Below, piece by piece: positions 8,943-18,447 of a stretch of DNA of 64,000 bases. How positions within the stretch are numbered: position 1 is the first letter of the stretch; every line of letters starts with the position of its first letter. The notes beneath the pieces are model-generated. The model searched no databases and was not told the origin of the DNA. It saw nothing but the letters and a program-made list of their open reading frames with translations. A program made the position numbers and the translations under genes. The stretch covers positions 1 through 64,000 of the forward strand of contig CAWELD010000003.1 of assembly GCA_963809895.1 (NCBI GenBank), in the 5' to 3' direction. This DNA comes from an uncultured Gemmatimonadales bacterium. Lineage in GTDB: Bacteria; Gemmatimonadota; Gemmatimonadetes; Longimicrobiales; Gaopeijiaceae.

Positions 8943-9096
8943 TTTAAGTTAACAGAACGCGTAATCTCTACAGTGCACGTATCGTGCACTCGCGGACCTC
9001 TTTCGCCGGTGCCATGTGCGGTGGTTCGGTGGGAAGGGCAGGAGTTCCAGGACGCGTGGGTCGAATCCTGCTATGCCAGTGATCCGAGGGTGGGGC

Positions 9097-9504
9097 GTGT
9101 CTAACCGTGACGTAGTTCTCTTCTTGGGTGCCGGTTTCTCGCACGACGCCGACCTCCCGTTGCTTTCCAACTTCGGGCTCAAGGCACCGCTGTCAGAGTT
9201 CGAGCTGCAGAACAAGGATGGCCCCTTCGAGCGCGAGATGGCCGCCGCCGCACGCACCTACGAGTCGTTCCGAGATGCTCTCGTTGATCGTGGTGCCCTG
9301 ACCGGGGACGCGGTGCAGAACGTCGAGGCGGCCTTCTGTATTGCGGAGGCCCTGAAAGAGGCGATCCTCAAGTACCGGGACGATCTCAAGTGGATCGTCG
9401 GCTTCATCCAGTACGCCACGCCGATCATGGAAACCACGCGGCAGTGGGGAAGGGAAATCCCCAGGAATCAGGCGAAGATCGCCGGATTGGCCCCTACGCT
9501 CTGA
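9097..9504 (+). pseudogene. Truncated SIR2-like protein (N-terminal motif only), possibly chimeric
   Basis: VVLFLGAGFSHDADLP matches the SIR2 GAGxS..GLP motif; later TxNYD and HG motifs absent; only 135 aa. Confidence 0.55.
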
Positions 9505-9565
9505 CTCCCGCTTCAACGTGTAAGGGACTCCTGTGACGCCGAGCTCCTCGGCTAACCGTCGCCCA

Positions 9566-10480
9566 TCATCGCGGCACATACACCACGGTCCGGATTTGGG
9601 GCTCGCGTCCCAAGATCACGTTGAACAGTCCCACTCCGCGGTTGCCCACGCCGAATACCGGTATCACTACCGAAATTCCGTCACCATCGATCGACACACG
9701 GGCTTTCCCGACTACAACGACGAAGGCTGGCAGATCCGTGCACGCGACCTGCGGAGAATCTGGACCTGGAGGAGTCTCTAACCCCGGCAAGCGCAGGCCC
9801 GCGGCCGCAAAGCATTGGAGCGCAGGGAGGAGGTCCGCCGCCTCCACCCCTTGGGCCCGCAGTCCACGGCGCCTCTCCTCCAAGACGCCCCGAGGTAGCC
9901 TGACGACGCTTGGTGCCCGGAAGGTCTCCGCCAAGACAATCGCGGGTTGCACGTCCACGGAGACCTGGGGCAAGCTCAACGCCCTCGCGACCAGGGTCGC
10001 GATCGTCGCGAGATCCTCGATCGAGGTCAGTCCTCCACCCCCTCTTCCGTCGGCCACAACCCATCCGGATCGGGTGACCTGACCCACGGCCCAACTGCCG
10101 TCACGAGCCCGCCTGAGAAGTCGCCACTCCTCACGATAGGACACGCTTCCGTCGTATACTTCCAGCCATACCCGACCCTGATCTTCGTTCTGGGTCAGGG
10201 AGTCCACGACGAGGAACTTTGTCGGACGGGTCGCAGGCTCGAGACAATTCCGAATGACGCGCTCGGAGAGCAGCTCGGGCAGCTCGCGCGAGGATCCGAG
10301 CAGTGAATCAAGACTGCATCCTTCGACAGCGAAGCCCTCGTCCTCGAACTGGGCGCGGAAGGACACCACGGTCTCGAGCAACTCGACATCTCCGGATCCC
10401 GTCGCCTGTCCGGAGGCGGGATGGGGTCGGCCAGCGAGACCGCTCAGAACCAGCGCTACGGAGAGGAGTAGTCGATGCAC
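9566..10480 (-). CDS. Secreted hypothetical protein
   Basis: 304-aa ORF, signal peptide HRLLLSVALVLSGLAG; overlaps end of upstream gene. Confidence 0.6.
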   Translation of the reverse strand: MHRLLLSVALVLSGLAGRPHPASGQATGSGDVELLETVVSFRAQFEDEGFAVEGCSLDSLLGSSRELPELLSERVIRNCLEPATRPTKFLVVDSLTQNEDQGRVWLEVYDGSVSYREEWRLLRRARDGSWAVGQVTRSGWVVADGRGGGGLTSIEDLATIATLVARALSLPQVSVDVQPAIVLAETFRAPSVVRLPRGVLEERRRGLRAQGVEAADLLPALQCFAAAGLRLPGLETPPGPDSPQVACTDLPAFVVVVGKARVSIDGDGISVVIPVFGVGNRGVGLFNVILGREPQIRTVVYVPR

Positions 10481-11706
10481 GAGTCGGGCCCATAGTTCAA
10501 GTAACTGTACGGGGCGGTCTGGTATTGTAACCCATAGGGCGGTACGTTGATGTCATCGTTGGGTCCATGATCGGGACTGAATACATGCATGGCCTCGTGA
10601 AGGAGCGAGTTGGCCAAGTCGTACATCGGCGCGTTCCCTGCTAACACGTCGTCCATGTACGACGCGTCGATGTGGATTATCCCGGTCAACCCGTCGTAGA
10701 GGGCCATGTGCGTCTGCTCCTCTTCCCCTACGTCGGTACTGCCCTGTTGCACCATGCCGCTGCCCAGGAGTGATTGAAAGGTGTCAAGAGCCTGCTGGCA
10801 GGCATCTGCCACCGTCGCATCGCTGATGGCAGAGAAGTCGGCCAGGAACCCCTCCAAGGCGGCGTCAACAAGGCTATCCTGCTGTTCGGTCATAGGGATG
10901 ACGCAGGTCGAATCAGCTCTCGGGTCGCACTCGGGTTCGGGATCGGGATTCGGGTCTTCCCCCGATCCGCCGCCAGAGCTGCCGCCACCGGGATCAGTGC
11001 ATTCGGTGGCACGTGCGATCCGGGTATTCGGCGGAGCTTGCTTCCCGATCAGCTTCCCGCCCAGAGGTCGGACGGTCGGCGACTCCACCTGAGTACAACC
11101 CCCGCCATTACCGTTGTAGCCACAAGAGAGGACATACAGGACATCGCCATTCTCATCCGCCATGTAGTAGCAATAATCATAGTGATCGTAAGGATCCCAG
11201 TTGAACTCCGCGTGCGCGATGTCCAACCACACCACGCCCGATGGGTACACCGAGGGGCCGGCTCCCGAGCCAAAGGACACCCCGCCCCGCCACCCGTTGC
11301 CGGCTGCGTGGTCCCCATTGCCTGGCGCCCAAGAGATCCGATCGAGTGCGACCTCGCGGTCCGACGCGGTAACATTGCAGGTGCCTCGATATAGGACGGC
11401 ACCGCCGCGGACACGATAGGACACAGAGAACGGGTCGGGTTCTTCCGCGCCTGCGGGGGCGATCGTCCGCTCAATAAGGAGATAGCGATCGTCAGGCAAT
11501 GCATACTCGAGTAGACATTGCCCAACGGCGAGGCTCTCAAGCACTGCTTGAACCTCTTGGAGGCCGCTCGCAGTGCCGCGGGCGCGATCGCCAGGCGGCA
11601 AGACGTCTGAAGCTCGGGGAACGGTCGCTAGCTCGGGTGAATCGGCGCTCGGTTCGAGAGGAGTGCGGGACACATCCCCACAGGCTGTGAGCACGACGGC
11701 AGCCAA
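10456..11706 (-). CDS. Lipoprotein with C-terminal HExxH zinc-metallopeptidase-like domain; start uncertain
   Basis: Lipobox VVLTAC; Gly/Pro linker PGGGSSGGGSGEDPNPDPEP; SLLHEAMHVF. Confidence 0.68.
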   Translation of the reverse strand: MAAVVLTACGDVSRTPLEPSADSPELATVPRASDVLPPGDRARGTASGLQEVQAVLESLAVGQCLLEYALPDDRYLLIERTIAPAGAEEPDPFSVSYRVRGGAVLYRGTCNVTASDREVALDRISWAPGNGDHAAGNGWRGGVSFGSGAGPSVYPSGVVWLDIAHAEFNWDPYDHYDYCYYMADENGDVLYVLSCGYNGNGGGCTQVESPTVRPLGGKLIGKQAPPNTRIARATECTDPGGGSSGGGSGEDPNPDPEPECDPRADSTCVIPMTEQQDSLVDAALEGFLADFSAISDATVADACQQALDTFQSLLGSGMVQQGSTDVGEEEQTHMALYDGLTGIIHIDASYMDDVLAGNAPMYDLANSLLHEAMHVFSPDHGPNDDINVPPYGLQYQTAPYSYLNYGPDSCIDYSSP

Positions 11707-11819
11707 AACGGAGGTGATTCACCCCTCGTGCCTTTCCCTTGCTGGTAAGTTACACTCGACCGAGCGTTTGGTCCTCTGACAGGAGCACTCCCTCAGACGC
11801 GAGCCCGCGAACGCGGCAT

Positions 11820-12078
11820 GTGTCTCCCTGGGTCCCTGGGGACACCTCGTTCTTCCCGGAGCCCACGGTGATCGCCCCCACCTGGCCCGGCGTGCCGACG
11901 CCGGTCCCCCAAGCCGAGAGCGATGAGCCCGGGAGCTTCAAGCTCGGCGCAATCGTGGGTGGCGTGGTCGCGTACATCCTGCTGTCCCAGGACGCCGACG
12001 GAGTCGGCCGTCTTCCCCTTCGTACCGATCTGCGCCCTGATCGGCGGTGTCCTCTTCTGGACGATCGGGATCGGGTGA
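11820..12078 (+). pseudogene. Remnant of small membrane protein gene (5' end unclear, frameshift near 12000)
   Basis: Two hydrophobic helices FKLGAIVGGVVAYILL and, one frame over, AVFPFVPICALIGGVLFWTIGIG-stop. Confidence 0.35.
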
Positions 12079-12090
12079 CGTCCGCGGCGC

Positions 12091-13212
12091 TCACCCGCCC
12101 CGCTCGAGCGCGTACACCCGGACGTGGTCGACGTCGTACTCGTCTCGCCAGATTCCCAGAACACCCGTGGCAGCGACGTCGCTGGCGATGAACCCGGCGG
12201 GCATGCGGACCGTCGCGAGGTGGGCGCCCCCGGAATCGTAGACCTGCCAGGTGGCCGCCTCACGCGGATCGAGGGCATGCTCGCGGATCCACAGGTTGCC
12301 CTCGTCATCGACGAGCAGAGCCGACATGACCGGAAGGCGCTCCGGAAACTCCATGTCTCGATACCAGGCCCGCGAAGCCGCGGTCCCTGGGGCCAGGAAT
12401 CGCTCGATGACGCCGCTGTCGATCTTCCGACCGACGTGCCCATCCCCGATCACGCCCAGAGGCTCACCGCTCCGCGAGAAGGCGTGCACGAGGAAGCTGT
12501 CGGATCTGGCCGCGTAGATCCGGTCCGGCGCCGTCGCGATCAGGGTGGTAGCGCCCAGCGGTTGGGGGCCTAGATCGCCGCCCACCATGATGGCGTCGAT
12601 GGAGAAGCTTCCGATCACGACGCGTTCGCCGCTCGGTGAGGTGATCTCGAGCCGCACCTCCCGCGTTTGCGGACCCTCGACGGGAGGCATGGGGAGGCGC
12701 TCGCTCGAGAGGACGAACGTGCCGTCCACCGCGCATCGCAGGCGTCGGGGGCTCCAGATCCCGCCCGACGCGTCCGCAGCCCGTAATTCCCCCTGGGAGA
12801 ATTCCCGCTTCAGCTCTCCATCCAATCCGAACGCCGAGATCCGATCATGTCCGGAGTCCCACACCGTGACGCTCGTCGAGTCGCAGGCCATGGGTGCCGA
12901 CATTCCCAGGAACTCGCCGGGACCGTCGCCCGCTCTGCCCGCATTCATGATCCGGCGGCCCTCGGTATCGTAGACCGCAACCCGGTGGCTCAGGACGTCG
13001 CTCGCCATGACGAGTCCCCGGGGATGCCAGGCGACGCCCGCGATCCGGCCCCATTCCACGCCCTGCGCCGGTCCGATCTCGAGGGTGGGTCGGTCCGACA
13101 GGGTCCAGGTTGCCGGCCTCCCGGCCTGGAGAGCCCGTACCGCCCCGGGCATGCCCGCTGAGAGCAGCAGACACGTCAGTACGGCACTGGTGGATCGTCT
13201 GGAGCGCTTCAT
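12091..13212 (-). CDS. Secreted 6-bladed beta-propeller protein
   Basis: Signal peptide; AGRAGDGPGEF; LVDDEGNLW; RDEYDVDHVRVY C-terminus. Confidence 0.82.
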   Translation of the reverse strand: MKRSRRSTSAVLTCLLLSAGMPGAVRALQAGRPATWTLSDRPTLEIGPAQGVEWGRIAGVAWHPRGLVMASDVLSHRVAVYDTEGRRIMNAGRAGDGPGEFLGMSAPMACDSTSVTVWDSGHDRISAFGLDGELKREFSQGELRAADASGGIWSPRRLRCAVDGTFVLSSERLPMPPVEGPQTREVRLEITSPSGERVVIGSFSIDAIMVGGDLGPQPLGATTLIATAPDRIYAARSDSFLVHAFSRSGEPLGVIGDGHVGRKIDSGVIERFLAPGTAASRAWYRDMEFPERLPVMSALLVDDEGNLWIREHALDPREAATWQVYDSGGAHLATVRMPAGFIASDVAATGVLGIWRDEYDVDHVRVYALERGG

Positions 13213-14243
13213 CGTTCCTGGAGCCTACTACTGCCGCCGGGGCCCGTACTCAGGCGCACCTCGGTCCCGGCCACCCGGATGATCATGGTGCCTCCATCCT
13301 CGCTCACCGTCACCGTGGCGGGCGCTTCCGACCGGACGTTGACGCGGACGTCTCCGATGGAGCCGGTGTACCGGTCCGTGGCCGGTGCCAGGGTTTCGCG
13401 CGCCCCCACGTCGAGGGTCGTCTGGTACCGGCTCCCATTCCGGTCCAGCGTCAACGCAAGCGCCTGTCCGGGTGCTGCGGCTCCGAGCGCCTCGCCGGCC
13501 CTGCGGCTGGTGATGGCCGCCCCGGCCACCTCCAGCAGCACGTCTCCCGGGCGAATCCCCGCTGCATCGGCCGGGCCGGAGGGCGCGACGGAGTACACCA
13601 CCGGGGGCTCGATGGAATGCCACCGGGGGAACGGGTCTCCCGTCTCGCGTTCCCAGCCACATCGGCGACAGGCAAGGGCCAGCCCCAGGCGCCCCGGCGG
13701 GAGCAGATCAGGCAGAGTCGGCACGGGGCCCGGTGAGCCGCGACCACCTGCGGCGCTCACCGGGGGTGCGAGCGACCTGGCGCTGGGGGCTTGCACGGGC
13801 ACGGCGTAGGCTCCCATGGCGCGAGGGTCCTGGGGACAGATGAGAGCGGCGTGCAAGGCCACGGCGATGTCGCGCCCACCCCGTCGGACCGTGAGCTCGA
13901 CCTCCTCGTCCGGGGCCACCTCCGCGAGCCTGCGCGCACCGTCCTGGGTCGTGAGGCGTCGGCCGTCCACCGCCACGATGCTATCTCTGGGCTGGAGCTT
14001 TCCGGCGGCCGGCCCTCCAGCCTCCACGGAGAGGACGTGGATGGGAGACCGGAAACTCCACGGACGTTCCGGCCAGCGGGCCCTGCTGACCGTGCAGTCG
14101 CAGGAGATGGTAAAGCCGAGATGTCCCACGGGGTCCGTCGACCCAGGGCACGTCGCCTCCTGACCTGCTGCAGCGCCGGCGAGCCCGAGAAGCAGCATGC
14201 CCGTCGTAGCAGGCCAACCGTTCGTCCATCGCATTCTGTTCAT
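13209..14243 (-). CDS. Secreted tandem-PDZ domain protein
   Basis: Two PDZ signatures (VEAGGPAAGKLQPRDSIVAVDG; VAPSGPADAAGIRPGDVLLEVAG); signal peptide. Confidence 0.85.
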   Translation of the reverse strand: MNRMRWTNGWPATTGMLLLGLAGAAAGQEATCPGSTDPVGHLGFTISCDCTVSRARWPERPWSFRSPIHVLSVEAGGPAAGKLQPRDSIVAVDGRRLTTQDGARRLAEVAPDEEVELTVRRGGRDIAVALHAALICPQDPRAMGAYAVPVQAPSARSLAPPVSAAGGRGSPGPVPTLPDLLPPGRLGLALACRRCGWERETGDPFPRWHSIEPPVVYSVAPSGPADAAGIRPGDVLLEVAGAAITSRRAGEALGAAAPGQALALTLDRNGSRYQTTLDVGARETLAPATDRYTGSIGDVRVNVRSEAPATVTVSEDGGTMIIRVAGTEVRLSTGPGGSSRLQER

Positions 14244-14252
14244 GGTCTGACC

Positions 14253-14546
14253 TCAGAACCAGACGACAGTGTAGTCCGCCGGCAGTGGCTCGCCACCTGC
14301 AGTGCCCGGAAGGCCTGCCGGGGGAGGGGCCTGCCACGCGCGTCCAGCGAGGACGCCGGCGGCGAACAGGGCGATCCCTGCGGCTGCGGCTGCCGGCCTC
14401 CGCATGCGCAGGACACGATCCCGGGCCGTAGACCCGGACGCGCGCGCAAGCACGGCGTCCTCGATGCTCTCCCGGGGAAACGGGGGAGGCTCGTGGTAGG
14501 ATCGAAGTTGCTCACGCAGGTCGTCGACCTTTCGGTGATCATTCAT
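14253..14546 (-). CDS. Putative anti-sigma factor (single TM)
   Basis: Overlaps ECF sigma stop; YHEPPPFPRE followed by TM AAAGIALFAAGVLAGR. Confidence 0.7.
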   Translation of the reverse strand: MNDHRKVDDLREQLRSYHEPPPFPRESIEDAVLARASGSTARDRVLRMRRPAAAAAGIALFAAGVLAGRAWQAPPPAGLPGTAGGEPLPADYTVVWF

Positions 14547-15150
14547 CTCGAAACTCCTTTCGCAGGTCGCTCAGCTCTTCTCTGAGTTTGGCTCGCGCAC
14601 GGGAGAGCCGTGCCCGGGACGAGCCTGGTGCGATCTCGAGCGCTTCGCCGATCTCCTCGTGGGTGTAGCCTTCGAGGTCGTGCAGCAGGACCACCCATCG
14701 GAGGCCCTCGGGGAGCGATTCCACGGCATCGCGGACCCGCGCCGCCAGAAGGGGGTCGCCGGGAGGGCACTCGGGCTCGGAAGCGGGGCGGCGCTCGAGC
14801 AGCCGAAGCCGCCGGGCGCGCTTCCGCAGCTGGTCCCGCGCCAGGTTGAGCGCCAGGCTCGCCAACCAGCCTCGAACCGTCCCGCTGCCCCGAAACCGGT
14901 CCGCCTTCCGAAAGGCGAGCAGGAAGGTCTCCTGGGTGAGGTCGTGGGCCGCGTCGTAGTCGCCGGTGAACCGGTAGACCAGACGCCACACGCTCTCGCC
15001 GTGGGCAGCGAGAAAGGCCCGCTGAGCCGCGTGCTCTCCCGAGCCGGCTCGAGCCAGCAACGCGCCGTCACCCTCCGCCTCCGCGCCACGGGCCGCGGAG
15101 CGCCGTCTCGACACGTCGTCGCTTCCGGGGTCGGTCCTTGGATCGCTCAC
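14539..15150 (-). CDS. ECF sigma-70 factor
   Basis: Region 2 AHDLTQETFL..FRG..GWL; region 4 VVLLHDLEGYTHEEIGEALEIAPGSSRARLSRAR. Confidence 0.93.
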   Translation of the reverse strand: MSDPRTDPGSDDVSRRRSAARGAEAEGDGALLARAGSGEHAAQRAFLAAHGESVWRLVYRFTGDYDAAHDLTQETFLLAFRKADRFRGSGTVRGWLASLALNLARDQLRKRARRLRLLERRPASEPECPPGDPLLAARVRDAVESLPEGLRWVVLLHDLEGYTHEEIGEALEIAPGSSRARLSRARAKLREELSDLRKEFRDE

Positions 15151-15269
15151 ATGAAGTAGACGGCACCAGGCGTGGATGACGTTGCGTGCCTTCCGACCCA
15201 CACATGCAGCACATCGGGGCCGTCGCGTCGTCCATAGAGATGAAACGCGATTCCAACTGGAGCAACCCG

Positions 15270-16619
15270 ATGTCGATCCGCACCCTTCTCTGCACGGCGA
15301 TCCTCCTCCTGATGTCCTCCACCGGCGTCGGAGGTCAGACCTGCGAGGGTCTACCCAAGCACATGGAGGGGAGCCTGTCCTTCCGGGGCGACCGGTGGAC
15401 TCTGCGCTTGCGGCCGCCTTCGGATCCGGGGGACTCCGTGGCCGCAGAGCTGGACATCCCGGATCTGCTCATGGCGGGACGATCCGCCGAGATGCGGTGC
15501 GTAGAGGGACTTCCGGTCCTCAGTCTTCCCTTTGGCTTCGGGCAGGTGACACTCCGCTCCGATTCCGCAGGGACCGTCCGGGGCGCGACCCTGCTTGCCG
15601 GAGACAGCCTCCGCGTCCGTCTGTCCCCTGGCGCGAAGCCTCCCTACCACATCGAAGAAGTGCGTTTCCAGAATGGCGACGTTCAGTTGGCCGGATCCTT
15701 GTACGTGCCGGACGGGGCGGGACCCCACCCCGGCATCGTGATGGTCCACGGATCGGGCCCACAGGGTCGGGGGATGCTGGAGTACCGCTCCTGGGGCGAC
15801 TACTTGGCCCGGCTCGGCCTGGCCACCCTGGTCTACGACAAGCGCGGGGTTGGCGCCTCAGAGGGCGACTTCCGGAGCGACAGCGCCTTCGTCGGCCTGA
15901 CCGGCGACGCGCTGGCCGCAGTGGACCTGCTCCGGAGCCATCCATCCGTCGATCCGACGAGGGTCGGACTGGGAGGCGCCAGCCAGGCTGGGTGGATCGC
16001 GTACCGCGCGGGCCGCGACCCGCGCGTGGCCTTCCTGGCCCTCCTGGTCCCTCCATCCGTAAGCGTCGCCGAGCAGGAGATCGCGCGGGTGCGCGACCAC
16101 ATGCGTGAGGAAGGGTTCACGGAAGCCGATGTGGCCATGGCGGTGGCACACACGCGTCTCCTCATGGGGGTTGCCGTGACAGGGCTGGGCTGGGAGGGCC
16201 TGGTGGCATCGACTCGTCGGGTCGAGGATGAGCCCTGGGCCGAGTGGGTACAACGACCTGAAAGCATGGACGACCTGCGGTGGTGGCGGGACCACGCCAG
16301 TGTCGATCCACGCCCCGACCTGGAAGGGCTGCGTATTCCGGTCTTCGCGGCCTTCAGTCGCCGAGACCGGGTGGTATCGGCCACCGACAATGCCGGCCCG
16401 CTCCGGGACCTCGCCGCCCGTACGCCGGGCGCCGACATCACCGTGGTTACGGCGCCGAGAGGCAACCATCGATTGGAGACCCCGACGGGCTTGGCGCCCG
16501 ATGGCCGATGGTATCTACCACGGATCAGTCGGGAGGTCCTCACAAGCCTGGAGACCTGGCTTCAAACGCGCTGGGTCTCGCGGGGGCCGCCGATGAGCGG
16601 CGATGACCCGCTCTCGTGA
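15270..16619 (+). CDS. Secreted alpha/beta hydrolase (S9/S15-like)
   Basis: Signal peptide; HGSGP, YDKRGVGAS, nucleophile GASQAG, D-RVV, GNH. Confidence 0.88.
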   Translation: MSIRTLLCTAILLLMSSTGVGGQTCEGLPKHMEGSLSFRGDRWTLRLRPPSDPGDSVAAELDIPDLLMAGRSAEMRCVEGLPVLSLPFGFGQVTLRSDSAGTVRGATLLAGDSLRVRLSPGAKPPYHIEEVRFQNGDVQLAGSLYVPDGAGPHPGIVMVHGSGPQGRGMLEYRSWGDYLARLGLATLVYDKRGVGASEGDFRSDSAFVGLTGDALAAVDLLRSHPSVDPTRVGLGGASQAGWIAYRAGRDPRVAFLALLVPPSVSVAEQEIARVRDHMREEGFTEADVAMAVAHTRLLMGVAVTGLGWEGLVASTRRVEDEPWAEWVQRPESMDDLRWWRDHASVDPRPDLEGLRIPVFAAFSRRDRVVSATDNAGPLRDLAARTPGADITVVTAPRGNHRLETPTGLAPDGRWYLPRISREVLTSLETWLQTRWVSRGPPMSGDDPLS

Positions 16620-16738
16620 GGCCGGCTGTTTGCTGGCGGTGTTGATCCTGGTGTCGCTGCTCGCATGCCCGGCCCGGCGCGCTTCCTCGGTCAGCCCGCA
16701 GACAGCGCTGAGAGCGGAGTAGGGTCTACCCCGCTCGC

Positions 16739-17356
16739 TCAGCCCACCGGGGCGCCTGCGACGGCGCCAACCATACGTGCCGCCACGTCGGCCGCCCTGT
16801 CGTCCTCCAGCCCCGACCGTGCGAGGATCTGCCACGTGTTGAAGTCCATGGCCAGCCGGAGGGCCGCCAGGAGCGATTCCGCGCCTTCGTCGGTTTCGCT
16901 CCAGCCCCCGGCGAGTACGGCGAGCACGGCCTGCATCCAGCCTCCGAGAAGATCCTCCATGATGTCGCGGAGAGGCGGTACGGACGGGGTATCCCGAATC
17001 ACGTTGGCCAGCATCGCCTCCCGCTGGCGGTACCAGGCGTAGGTCTCCTCCAGAGCCCAGCGGAGACGGACCTCCGGGTCGGGGACCTCCCGCCACTCAG
17101 CCGGGTCCGGGAAGGGGTTCTCGGTGGCCCAGTGCGTCGAGCAGGCGTGAAGGAGATCCTTCTCCGTGGGAAAGTGGTTGTAGACCGTCATCCGGCTCAC
17201 GCCCGCCAGCTTGGCCACGTCGGTGATGGTGGTCTTGGCGGGACCCACGGTGCCGTGAAGCTCCACGGCGGCTTCCGTGATGCGCCGATGCGTCTCGGCT
17301 TCCCGCCTCGCGCGCTTGCGCTTGTGGTACGGTCTCGTGGAGTCGTCGTCAGTCAT
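16739..17356 (-). CDS. TetR/AcrR family regulator
   Basis: HTH TTITDVAKLAGVSRMTVYNHFPT. Confidence 0.93.
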   Translation of the reverse strand: MTDDDSTRPYHKRKRARREAETHRRITEAAVELHGTVGPAKTTITDVAKLAGVSRMTVYNHFPTEKDLLHACSTHWATENPFPDPAEWREVPDPEVRLRWALEETYAWYRQREAMLANVIRDTPSVPPLRDIMEDLLGGWMQAVLAVLAGGWSETDEGAESLLAALRLAMDFNTWQILARSGLEDDRAADVAARMVGAVAGAPVG

Positions 17357-17358
17357 AA

Positions 17359-17441
17359 TTCATTATACGCCTTGTATCGCGAACTTGACAAGCGCCGGTG
17401 AGGTGGTGTAAGCTCCCTTTGTTCATTATACAGCATGTCAA
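17359..17441. promoter_or_regulatory. Back-to-back sigma70 promoters with two candidate TetR operators
   Basis: + strand TTGACA(17385-90)-18 nt-TAAGCT; - strand TTGTCA(17391-86)-18 nt-TATAAT(17367-62); TTCATTATAC repeated at 17359 and 17422. Confidence 0.65.
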
Positions 17442-17511
17442 CTCAAATAACTGGAGCGCTCTGCTCCGGTGTCGGACATTGGCAGGCTGACACTCGCAAG
17501 GGGAGGGAAGG

Positions 17512-18300
17512 ATGGCACCGAAAGGCATGTTGGGTTTGCTGGCGCTGGGCCTGTCGACAATGGCCTTGGGGGGGGCAGCGACGCGCTCCACCGACGCCCC
17601 TGCTCGCTCGTGCGCCGCCGTGGCCGGGTCCCAGGTGTGCACCTGGCTCGAGATGGACGGCGACACCCCGGTGGAGCTGGGCGCCACCATCCCCATGGCG
17701 CTGATCCAGGGAGTCCCGGCGGATGCGGAGATGGTGTGGCCCCCGGAGGAGTTGGGGTCCGTCGCTCTACCGGAGCAGGCTCGTGCCGCGCTGGGCATCG
17801 ATCACCTCGGCATCAACTGGGAGGCGCACGGCCATCCCCCGACGCCGTTCATGACCCCGCACTTCGACTTCCACTTCTACAACATCGCTCCGGCGCAGGT
17901 GGGGGCCATCGACTGCTCGGACTCTTCCGAACCTGCGGCACTGCCGGCCCCCTACGTGCTTCCGGATGTGGATGTCCCCGGCATGGGAACGCTGGTGGGC
18001 CTCTGTGTGCCGAAGATGGGGATGCACGCCATGCCTGAAGGCGACCTGGCGGGGAACGGCCCCTTCCAGGCGAGCATGGTGTTGGGGTACTACCACGGTA
18101 GCCCGATCTTCTTCGAGCCCATGATCTCGCAGGCTCGACTCCTGAAGGGCGCCGACTTCACGCTTCCGATGCCGCCGGTGCAGCACCTGCCCTCGGGAGT
18201 TCGCTATCCCACCGAATTCCAGGCGACCTACGACGCCGCGAACCAGGAGTACCGGTTGGTCTTCTCGGGCTTCGGGTCGGCCACGGAGGACGGCCGCTGA
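17512..18300 (+). CDS. Secreted His-rich TTHB210-like/DUF5602-type protein
   Basis: Signal peptide; WEAHGHPP..PHFDFHFY, VPKMGMH, FFEPMI. Confidence 0.72.
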   Translation: MAPKGMLGLLALGLSTMALGGAATRSTDAPARSCAAVAGSQVCTWLEMDGDTPVELGATIPMALIQGVPADAEMVWPPEELGSVALPEQARAALGIDHLGINWEAHGHPPTPFMTPHFDFHFYNIAPAQVGAIDCSDSSEPAALPAPYVLPDVDVPGMGTLVGLCVPKMGMHAMPEGDLAGNGPFQASMVLGYYHGSPIFFEPMISQARLLKGADFTLPMPPVQHLPSGVRYPTEFQATYDAANQEYRLVFSGFGSATEDGR

Positions 18301-18447
18301 CGAGTAGGTAGGGCACCGGTCGGGATCTGTGCGAAGCCGTTGCGCACGCCCCGATCGGTGCCCCATGACAGCCACGGCACCGGTTTTTCGCAATGCGGGT
18401 GAGCACGGCAACGCCCGTGACGCGAACCCTCCGACCGGGAGTCCTCG

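Noticed and set aside
8868..8945. Intact tRNA-Ala gene
   Set aside because: No 5' acceptor strand, D-arm or full 5' anticodon stem; only the 3' half is present
9040..9080. Second tRNA-like T-loop (GGGTCGAATCC)
   Set aside because: No proper GTTC T-loop or cloverleaf; probably chance
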